A program made the position numbers and the translations under genes. The notes under the pieces were generated by a model. It made no database searches. It saw only the letters and a program-made list of their open reading frames with translations, and was not told the DNA's origin. Positions 1 through 6,471 of a stretch of 30,477 bases of DNA are shown here, one piece after another. The stretch is taken from the NCBI GenBank assembly GCA_964455165.1, contig CAYVXP010000001.1, forward strand, positions 1-30,477. The letters are read 5' to 3'. This DNA comes from an uncultured Gammaproteobacteria bacterium. Its GTDB lineage: Bacteria; Patescibacteriota; Patescibacteriia; UBA1558; GWA2-36-10. How positions within the stretch are numbered: position 1 is the stretch's first letter; each line of letters begins with the position of its first letter.

Positions 1-405
1 TAAGCCAACAACTAGCATACCAGTGACTGAGCCACCGAGTACAGCCATGCGCATGGCAGACTGTATGCTTGTTTTGGCTGCTTCGGTAGTGCGGACATTG
101 GTGCGCACAGAGACATTCATGCCGATAATACCAGCAGCGGCTGATAGGACAGCTCCGATAATAAAGGCAAAAGCTGTACCAAAATCAATAGCGATCCACA
201 AAACTATAAATAGAGCGACAGCTAAGTAAGCAATGGTTTTGTATTGTCTGATTAAATAAGCCTTGGCACCTTCTTGGATAGCCTTGGCGATTTCTTTCAT
301 CTTGTCATCACCGGCTGGACTTTTCAAAATACGTGTAATCATCCAAGCGCCAAAGCCGATATATAGCAATGAAGATAAAATAGCTAATAATTTAATTGTT
401 CCCAT
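1..405 (-). CDS. hppA: Membrane-bound H+/Na+-translocating pyrophosphatase, N-terminal part (runs off the window start)
   Basis: Manual translation from ATG at 405: MGTIKLLAILSSLLYIGFGAWMITRILKSPAGDDKMKEIAKAIQEGAKAYLIRQYKTIA...GMNVSVRTNVRTTEAAK...GGSVTGMLVVGL. This matches the M-PPase N-terminus (G..M..IA..IQEGA.A.L.RQY). Not in the ORF track because it is incomplete. Confidence 0.9.
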   Translation of the reverse strand, partial: MGTIKLLAILSSLLYIGFGAWMITRILKSPAGDDKMKEIAKAIQEGAKAYLIRQYKTIAYLAVALFIVLWIAIDFGTAFAFIIGAVLSAAAGIIGMNVSVRTNVRTTEAAKTSIQSAMRMAVLGGSVTGMLVVGL

Positions 406-430
406 AGTTTTTTTAATTATTAAATATTAC

Positions 431-1747
431 TTATTTAGTTTTTTTAGATTTAGCGGGTTTCTTTTCTTTTTTGACCTTTGTCTCCTCCCCGCCAGAGGCG
501 GGTCCGCCTTTGGCGGATACTTCATCCGTTTCTTCAACACTCTCTTCTTGTGTCTCCTCTACTTCTTCGGCTTTGTCAGCTGTGCTTAGAGGAGCGTGGT
601 TACTGGGGTTTTTATCAGGGTTACTAGGAGATATGATATCAATTTTCCAGCCAGTCAACTTGGCAGCTAGACGAGCATTTTGCCCACCGCGACCAATAGC
701 TAGTGATAGTTGATCATCATTGACCATGACTTTGGCGGTTTTACTTTCTTCGTCTACTTCTATTTTGCCGATGCTAGCTGGACTCAAAGAGTTGGCAATA
801 AAAGTTTTTGGATCACTATTCCAATGAATGATATCTATTTTTTCACCACCGAGCTCACTGATGACGGTTTGTACTCTGGCACCCCTTTGACCAACACATG
901 AGCCAATTGGGTCGATATTTTCGTCAGCGGTAAAGACAGCTATTTTGGTACGAGCACCAGCTTCACGAGCAATGGATTTTATCTCTACTGTACCAGCAGC
1001 AATTTCTGGTACTTCGGTAGCGAATAATTCTTTGACAATTTCTGGATGAGTGCGGGATAGGATGATTTCTGGTCCTTTGCTACCCATGCGGACAGCGGAG
1101 ATATAAAAGTTTAAGCGAGTACCAATATTGTAGCCTTCACTACGAATTTGTTCTTCGGGGGCCAAGACTCCAGTAGCTTGACCAAGGTCTACGATAAAGC
1201 GACGACCTTCTCGTCTTTGGATAGTACCTATAGTCAATTGACCTTCTTTATCTTTATATTCACTGAAGATATGATCTCTTTCAGCTTCACGTAGACGTTG
1301 GATGATGACTTGTTTGGCAGTCTGAGCAGCCATGCGACCATACTCTTCTGGTACTGGTAGTTTGGTTTCTATGACATCACCAATCTTGTAGTCACTGTTG
1401 ATAGTTTGAGCTTCAGCAATCATGATTTCAGCGCGAGGATTAAATTTCTTAATCATCTCTTCTTCACTGATTTCTTCGCCAGCTTCTTTGCGGGCATGCA
1501 TTTCTTCTAGTTGCTTTTCTTGTTCTTCTAGGTCAACATTTTCGACGACAGTTTTTACGTCAAAAACTGCTGTTTGGCCATTGTCAGCATTGAAGACTAC
1601 TTTGATGTTTTGATTAGGGGTACCATACTCCTTGCGGTAGGCAGCAGCTAGAGCCGCCTCGATGGCACCAATGACTGCCTCAGTGGACAGGTTTTTTTCT
1701 TGGCAAACCTGCTTGATAGCAGCGAGCATTGTGTTATTACTCGACAT
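431..1747 (-). CDS. nusA: Transcription termination/antitermination factor NusA with an acidic/Lys-rich C-terminal tail
   Basis: Motifs YGRMAAQTAKQVIIQRLREAER, AREAGARTKIAV, IDPIGSCVGQRGARV, QLSLAIGRGGQNARLAAKLTGWKIDI. Confidence 0.98.
   Translation of the reverse strand: MSSNNTMLAAIKQVCQEKNLSTEAVIGAIEAALAAAYRKEYGTPNQNIKVVFNADNGQTAVFDVKTVVENVDLEEQEKQLEEMHARKEAGEEISEEEMIKKFNPRAEIMIAEAQTINSDYKIGDVIETKLPVPEEYGRMAAQTAKQVIIQRLREAERDHIFSEYKDKEGQLTIGTIQRREGRRFIVDLGQATGVLAPEEQIRSEGYNIGTRLNFYISAVRMGSKGPEIILSRTHPEIVKELFATEVPEIAAGTVEIKSIAREAGARTKIAVFTADENIDPIGSCVGQRGARVQTVISELGGEKIDIIHWNSDPKTFIANSLSPASIGKIEVDEESKTAKVMVNDDQLSLAIGRGGQNARLAAKLTGWKIDIISPSNPDKNPSNHAPLSTADKAEEVEETQEESVEETDEVSAKGGPASGGEETKVKKEKKPAKSKKTK
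488..517. repeat. 30-bp double-hairpin element (CCCGCC-AGA-GGCGGG + TCCGCC-TTT-GGCGGA) in frame within nusA
   Basis: Two adjacent perfect 6-bp-stem palindromes; they encode SAKGGPASGG (NusA codons 411-420). Confidence 0.85.
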
Positions 1748-1766
1748 TTTATGGATTTTAATTTTT

Positions 1767-1797
1767 AAAAAAAACTAGTTTATAATTAAACTAGCTT
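1767..1797 (-). terminator. Weak intrinsic terminator/attenuator in the nusA 5' leader
   Basis: Minus strand CTAGTTTA-ATTA-TAAACTAG stem followed by a T8 tract, between the promoter and the nusA ATG. Confidence 0.65.
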
Positions 1798-1806
1798 AAT
1801 AAACAT

Positions 1807-1835
1807 ATTCTACGGTATTTTGCGTTATTAGTCAA
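1807..1835 (-). promoter_or_regulatory. sigma70-type promoter for nusA
   Basis: Minus strand TTGACT-17 nt-TAGAAT; the -35 box overlaps the yraN stop codon. Confidence 0.7.
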
Positions 1836-2170
1836 TAGTTATCTATGGGAAACCTTTTTATTTTAGTCTGTTTATTTTTTAAATAAATGACGATTATTTC
1901 TAAATACCAATCAGCTTGTGGAGCAAATAAGTGACATGTTCGACGCATTTTTTCAATTTTATTTTTATTGATCATTTCTTCAGCAAAGCCATATGTATAG
2001 TTAGTCCTAGTTTTTACCTCGATGCCATAAAATATCTTATTTTTGTATAAGACTAAATCAAGCTCGCCATAGCGAGTGAAATAATTTTTGGCTAATAAAA
2101 TAAAACCATGATTAAGATAATATTTTAAAGCAATTTTTTCACCGATAGATCCTAGATATTTTTTAGACAT
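1832..2170 (-). CDS. yraN: YraN family (UPF0102) nuclease-like protein
   Basis: G..GE..A..Y....G..LL..NY....GELDLV......IEVKTR pattern; 112 aa. Confidence 0.9.
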   Translation of the reverse strand: MSKKYLGSIGEKIALKYYLNHGFILLAKNYFTRYGELDLVLYKNKIFYGIEVKTRTNYTYGFAEEMINKNKIEKMRRTCHLFAPQADWYLEIIVIYLKNKQTKIKRFPIDNY

Positions 2171-2171
2171 A

Positions 2172-2195
2172 AAAAACAGACCAAGGCCTGTTTTT
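2172..2195 (-). terminator. Intrinsic terminator-like hairpin directly upstream of the yraN start
   Basis: AAAAACAG.CC-AA-GG.CTGTTTTT inverted repeat. Confidence 0.5.
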
Positions 2196-2211
2196 ATATT
2201 TTATTTGAAAA

Positions 2212-2622
2212 TTATTTTTTAGCCTTAGGCAACCATTTGTTGAATTCGGCATTTTCTTCTTTTTTCTTTTTGATTTTTGGAATAGTGATCAAATAGTAAA
2301 ATAGTAGATAAATAGCCCAGACCAATATACCTATAGCCCAAAGCAAAAGCCACAAACGAGAGCCTAAATACATGGCTCTGGTTTCTCGAAATAGTATAAA
2401 TAGTAAACCGACGATACTGCTAGTCCAGCCAAAGCCAATCAATTTTTTGTAAAAAGATTTTTTGTAGCCAGGATTTTTGGCTAATTGGCGTTGAGCCAAA
2501 ATAGCTAGCACAATAGCCAAGACACAAAAACCATAAAGAGCCACTCGAAAAGGAGTAGATAAGGCTTCAAAGGTATAGGCACGGAATAGGTAAGACCAGT
2601 CCAATAGTTTTGTTAAATCCAT
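2212..2622 (-). CDS. Hypothetical membrane protein (about 3-4 TM, basic C-terminus)
   Basis: 136-aa ORF with hydrophobic stretches, same orientation as its neighbours. Confidence 0.8.
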   Translation of the reverse strand: MDLTKLLDWSYLFRAYTFEALSTPFRVALYGFCVLAIVLAILAQRQLAKNPGYKKSFYKKLIGFGWTSSIVGLLFILFRETRAMYLGSRLWLLLWAIGILVWAIYLLFYYLITIPKIKKKKEENAEFNKWLPKAKK

Positions 2623-2708
2623 AATGTTTATTTATATGAGATATGTTAGATAATTTACGGAATAAAGTCAAATATAAAAGCGCCTGATTATTGGCGCTAG
2701 TATTTTTA

Positions 2709-3314
2709 TTATTTTTTGCTAAAAATCAAACCAAAGTGGTATGGGCCAGCCTTGAACTGCTGGACTAGGTCCAAATCCATTTGCGAGGCTAGACTCATGA
2801 TTTCTTCTGGTTTGGCTAGTCTTTCTTTAGAGGGTCCAAATGACAAATCATTGTCAGCCCAGTCAATCACTAGTAGTTTAGCACCTTTTTTTAATAAGCG
2901 AGTGGCTTCAGACATTATTTCAAAATGTTTTTCGGACTGATATAGGACATTGACCAAAATAGCGGAGTCCAGACTTTCACTATTTATTTTGGTAGCACCA
3001 ATGAGCTCTAGATTGCTCCAGACAGTTTTTATGTTATTGAGTCCGGACAGTCTAGCTTTTGATTCTAGTTCAGATAAAATATTTTTTACTACATCGACAG
3101 CATAGACTTGGCCCTGATCACCGACGAGGCGAGCGGCTTGCATCAAAAATAATCCGCCACCAGCACCTAGGTCACCGACCATATCTCCTTTTTTGACTTG
3201 CAATAATTCACTGAGTATTTTACCAGCGTCCATTAGTTCACTCTTGCCACCGACATTTGGAGTAGTCAAGGCAGAGTTGTTACTTGGTGTAATTTGTGTA
3301 GTTATTTCATTCAT
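2709..3314 (-). CDS. Class I SAM-dependent methyltransferase (UbiE-like)
   Basis: VGDLGAGGG motif I, VYAVD motif II, LLVIDW. Confidence 0.88.
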   Translation of the reverse strand: MNEITTQITPSNNSALTTPNVGGKSELMDAGKILSELLQVKKGDMVGDLGAGGGLFLMQAARLVGDQGQVYAVDVVKNILSELESKARLSGLNNIKTVWSNLELIGATKINSESLDSAILVNVLYQSEKHFEIMSEATRLLKKGAKLLVIDWADNDLSFGPSKERLAKPEEIMSLASQMDLDLVQQFKAGPYHFGLIFSKK

Positions 3315-3363
3315 ATTTTTGTATATTTATTATACCAAAAAATATAAGTATCCGCCACCAGCA

Positions 3364-3392
3364 TTGACTTTTGTCAAAGATCAAGTTATAAT
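3364..3392 (+). promoter_or_regulatory. sigma70-type promoter for the tRNA-Glu locus
   Basis: TTGACT(3364-3369)-17 nt-TATAAT(3387-3392). Confidence 0.75.
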
Positions 3393-3449
3393 CTGCCTTG
3401 TATTTTATATATTTGGCCCTATCGTCTAATGGTTAGGACACCAGGTTTT

Positions 3450-3480
3450 TCCCGCGTAGCGGGACCCCGCTCTGCGGTGG
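3450..3480. repeat. 31-bp double-hairpin element (TCCCGC-GTA-GCGGGA + CCCCGC-TCT-GCGGTGG) in the anticodon of the outer tRNA copy
   Basis: First palindrome perfect, second with one extra T; same 15+15 layout as the nusA element. Confidence 0.8.
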
Positions 3481-3544
3481 CATCCTCATGGCCAATAAGT
3501 TGTTTGAAAATTAATAATAATTCATCTCGGCTTGGTGACCTGAC

Positions 3545-3619
3545 GGCCCTATCGTCTAATGGTTAGGACACCAGGTTTTCATCCTGGCAATCGGGGTTCG
3601 ATTCCCCGTGGGGTCACCA
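3545..3619 (+). tRNA. tRNA-Glu (anticodon TTC), intact, CCA encoded
   Basis: Acceptor GGCCCTA/TGGGGTC, anticodon arm CCAGG-TTTTCAT-CCTGG, T arm CGGGG-TTCGATT-CCCCG, 3' ACCA; 75 nt. Confidence 0.97.
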
Positions 3620-3679
3620 AGCCGGCAAGAATTAATAACAGTTTGGCAATCGGGGTTCGATTCCCCGTGGGGTCACCAG

Positions 3680-3710
3680 AAAAAAATCAACCAAAATAGG
3701 TTGTTTTTTT
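3680..3710 (+). terminator. Intrinsic terminator after the tRNA locus
   Basis: CAACC-AAAATA-GGTTG followed by T7. Confidence 0.65.
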
Positions 3711-3735
3711 GTTTTAGGCTAGTCAAGCTTTTTCT

Positions 3736-3764
3736 TTGACATTTAGCTTCAAAGATGCTATTAT
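3736..3764 (+). promoter_or_regulatory. sigma70-type promoter of the cold-shock gene, giving a 5' UTR of about 125 nt
   Basis: TTGACA(3736-3741)-17 nt-TATTAT(3759-3764) with an extended -10 TG. Confidence 0.75.
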
Positions 3765-3894
3765 CATGGACAAACGATTGTCTTGGTGCGCTTTATTCAT
3801 AAAGCCTGCCAAAACAGTAGTTTATGCATTCACTAGCGGAAATATAGTCGAATTTCTAGCTACCTATGCTTTAATTCACTTTATTTCTAAAATT

Positions 3895-4095
3895 ATGCAA
3901 GGCAAAATCAAGAAATTAGTAAGCGATAAAAATTTTGGTTTCATTACTCCAGAAGATGGCGGAAAAGATTTATTTTTTCATGCCAACGAATTGAGTGGTG
4001 TTTCATTCGATCAATTACACGAAGGTGACGATGTCACTTTTGACATGAGCGATACACCAAAAGGACCAGCAGCTGTTAAAGTTAGCTTAGTCTAA
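3895..4095 (+). CDS. cspA: Cold-shock protein (CSD), 66 aa
   Basis: MQGKIKKLVSDKNFGFITPEDGGKDLFFHANEL with RNP1/RNP2 motifs. The true start is ATG 3895, not the 3736 start in the ORF track. Confidence 0.93.
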   Translation: MQGKIKKLVSDKNFGFITPEDGGKDLFFHANELSGVSFDQLHEGDDVTFDMSDTPKGPAAVKVSLV

Positions 4096-4120
4096 TACTT
4101 CTTAGATAATAAGAAATTTA

Positions 4121-4149
4121 AAACAACCCTCGCATTGCGAGGGTTGTTT
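4121..4149. terminator. Bidirectional terminator between csp and the convergent secreted-protein gene
   Basis: Perfect 13-bp stem AAACAACCCTCGC-ATT-GCGAGGGTTGTTT. Confidence 0.8.
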
Positions 4150-4156
4150 ATTTATT

Positions 4157-5512
4157 TTAGCGATTAATATAATTTTGGTAATCCTGACTATTTTGCCACT
4201 GAGCAAAGGGGATGCTAGGATGCACAGTTTTGCCACCAAAGCGGATAGACTGTTTGATAGCTTGTTCAGAGTAACCACTGTAGGTGTAGGCATTGACTAG
4301 GATCGCCCAATCTCTGGCGCTGACACTATAAGTACCTAGATTATTTTTCAACCAATTTTTTAGATAAGCTGATTGTTTAGCTTCCAAGGTATTGGTATTT
4401 TTTAGGCGAAGTAATATTTCAGAAATGGTGCGTCCATAACCATAAGGATTATATTTGTGAGCAACTTCTTCTTGATCAGTGTAGCCGTCATAGTCACTAT
4501 CTAGTGTAGAGCTGTAGATTTTTTCGCCAGCTACTTGTGGTACAGTGATGACAGCTCTTTGCTTTGGCAAAGTCATGAAGCTATGACCAGTGGCTTCAAT
4601 TTTTTTATTATAAATACCTTTTTCTATGACTATTTTATAGTAATAAATAGTATTTGGTGTCAGGTTGGTCAAAAAAATCTCATGTTCATATTTTGGTGTA
4701 GCGCTGACAGCAACTTTTTTATTTAAACTAGTAGATTTCGTGCCATAATAAATAGTACTGTTGGCTACGTAGTTGCTGGACCAACTAATCAAAGCAGTAG
4801 TATCGCTGATTCTATTGGGATCCAACTGTAGTGGTCTGATATTATTGATGGCAAGATTTGAGCCATTCTGTGTGCCAGAAGAAGTATTGAAAACAATGTA
4901 TTTTTTTTCACCACTATTTTTATCTTTATCAATGGCAGTTATTTCTGCTGTGTATCTAGTATCAGCTGCCAGCTTGTAAATATACAAGACATGATCAGTA
5001 GTGTAGGCACTTTGATTAATAGTTGATTTACGAGTAGCATCGACAACACTATAAACTATTGTACTTCTGGTGACTTCATCAGTGGTCCAGGAAATAGCTA
5101 CAGCGTTGCCAGTACTTTGTAGTAATTTATAATTTGAGATAGTCGGCTTATGGGTATCGATCATGCCCTTAGTGGAAAAAGTTTGGATATAAGTTTCGTA
5201 GCGACGAGCACCCTGATCTTCAGCGATTATTTTATAATAATAATTTTTATCTTTTACTAAACCGGTCAAAACACTTTGATGGCCATAATCAAAAGCGCCA
5301 TAACCCATACTTAGGTTTAGGTCGTCGGGGTTTAAGCCATAATAGATATAAGCTTTACTAGGCTCAGTAGTATTCCAAGACATATCGACCATACCATTGC
5401 GAAGGTTGGAGATTTTGATATTAGAAATAATAACATCAGCCCTGACAAATAGGGGACTTAATAAAGATAGTAATAAGGCACTTATTACGATGATTTTATT
5501 GATGTATTTCAT
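4157..5512 (-). CDS. Secreted protein with three fibronectin-III/purple-acid-phosphatase-N-terminal-like repeats, a DSDxDG Ca-binding-like motif and an uncharacterised C-terminal domain
   Basis: N-terminal signal peptide; repeats W(N/T/S)T.E.....I.YG...H...L..L.....Y.Y.I; LDSDYDGYTDQEE. Confidence 0.8.
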   Translation of the reverse strand: MKYINKIIVISALLLSLLSPLFVRADVIISNIKISNLRNGMVDMSWNTTEPSKAYIYYGLNPDDLNLSMGYGAFDYGHQSVLTGLVKDKNYYYKIIAEDQGARRYETYIQTFSTKGMIDTHKPTISNYKLLQSTGNAVAISWTTDEVTRSTIVYSVVDATRKSTINQSAYTTDHVLYIYKLAADTRYTAEITAIDKDKNSGEKKYIVFNTSSGTQNGSNLAINNIRPLQLDPNRISDTTALISWSSNYVANSTIYYGTKSTSLNKKVAVSATPKYEHEIFLTNLTPNTIYYYKIVIEKGIYNKKIEATGHSFMTLPKQRAVITVPQVAGEKIYSSTLDSDYDGYTDQEEVAHKYNPYGYGRTISEILLRLKNTNTLEAKQSAYLKNWLKNNLGTYSVSARDWAILVNAYTYSGYSEQAIKQSIRFGGKTVHPSIPFAQWQNSQDYQNYINR

Positions 5513-5639
5513 GATTCTTCAAATTAATTAATATATAATTATAGCATATATACGATGTTCTGTCAATGTTAAGGAAAAGAGCAATTTATGTTACTATTTT
5601 TTATTATTTTTAGAGTGAGTATTTATAATACCGATCTCG

Positions 5640-5676
5640 CCCCGCGAAGTCCCGCCTTAGCGGGAAGGGGGCGGGG
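5640..5676. repeat. Nested GC-rich palindrome (CCCCGC ... TCCCGC-CTTA-GCGGGA ... GCGGGG), intergenic
   Basis: Inner stem 5650-5665 lies inside outer stem 5640-5645/5671-5676, in otherwise AT-rich DNA. Confidence 0.75.
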
Positions 5677-5721
5677 TCAATATTAAAAAAGACCTAATAG
5701 TAGGCCTTTTCTGGCGTTGTT

Positions 5722-6369
5722 TTAGCTAGTTTTCTGTATTTTCAAGTAATGGATCTTCTTCTTGTTTGCTAGGTGTTTTTCTTCAAAATAGGTTTTTATT
5801 TTAAGCTCTGGCTTCAAGCTTTTTTGTTTATAGATATCAACTATTTTTTTACTGATTTTAAAGTTCTCTTCTGTGGCGGTTTTTACAGTAAAATTGAATA
5901 ATTTTTTATCGTCAGTTTTGAGATTTATAAATCCCTTAGCTTTTAATATTTTTTTATATTTTTTTAAAAATTGGACAGACACTAGTCTTTTTTTAGCTTG
6001 TTTTTTTCGTGGGTAAGGATCAGGAAAAGTGATCCATATTTCGTCTATTGATTGCTCAGGAAAAATCTTTTCTAAAAAGTCAGCTTGGAAACGTACGAAT
6101 AATAAATTATTTAATTTTTTTGTCTGAGCAATTTTTGCACCATGCCACAATCTTTCGCCTTGGATATCTAGGGCTAGGTATTTGTATGCAGGATTTTTTT
6201 CAGCTAGAGCCAAGCTATACTCACCCTTGCCGCAACCCAATTCTAAAATAATCTTATCATCGTGCTTGATAAATTGTTTTAGTTTTTTATTAAAATTTTT
6301 ATCACCGAATTCTAAGACATTGGTAAAAGATTTTAGTTCGGCGAATTTCTTGAGTTTTTGGCGGGACAT
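5722..6369 (-). CDS. trmB: tRNA (guanine-N7)-methyltransferase
   Basis: LELGCGKGE, IDEIWITFPDPYPRKKQAKKRL, LKTD. Confidence 0.95.
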   Translation of the reverse strand: MSRQKLKKFAELKSFTNVLEFGDKNFNKKLKQFIKHDDKIILELGCGKGEYSLALAEKNPAYKYLALDIQGERLWHGAKIAQTKKLNNLLFVRFQADFLEKIFPEQSIDEIWITFPDPYPRKKQAKKRLVSVQFLKKYKKILKAKGFINLKTDDKKLFNFTVKTATEENFKISKKIVDIYKQKSLKPELKIKTYFEEKHLANKKKIHYLKIQKTS

Positions 6370-6456
6370 ATTTATAGCTTATAGCATTTTTACAGAAAAG
6401 AAAACAGTAGTCCACAAGATTGACAGAGCGGTCTTTTTATCATAAAATATTAAATC

Positions 6457-6465
6457 TGCTATAAT
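6457..6465 (+). promoter_or_regulatory. Extended -10 promoter placing the transcription start at the tsaD ATG (leaderless)
   Basis: TGC-TATAAT, then 6 nt, then ATG 6472. Confidence 0.55.
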
Positions 6466-6471
6466 AGATAT

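Larger units (their letters stand above)
3415..3678 (+). pseudogene. Interrupted outer copy of tRNA-Glu in three pieces: 3415-3449, 3481-3486 and 3645-3678
   Basis: 3415-3449 is identical to 3545-3579; 3644-3678 is identical to 3585-3619; the missing middle CATCCT is at 3481-3486. Confidence 0.75.

Noticed and set aside
23-589. Plus-strand ORFs 23-229 and 263-589
   Set aside because: They are antisense shadows of hppA and nusA with no recognisable motifs. The same applies to the other short ORFs overlapping housekeeping genes.
3528-3540. T-box antiterminator (TGGTGACC resembles UGGNACC)
   Set aside because: No stem I, specifier loop or terminator layout; the match is explained by complementarity to the tRNA 3' end.
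3450-3644. Group I intron in the outer tRNA
   Set aside because: I could not find P3-P7 core elements; the insert is hairpins, AT-rich spacers and a tRNA copy.
3736-3894. N-terminal extension of the cold-shock ORF in the ORF track
   Set aside because: The TTG start is the -35 box of the promoter; the CSD begins at ATG 3895.
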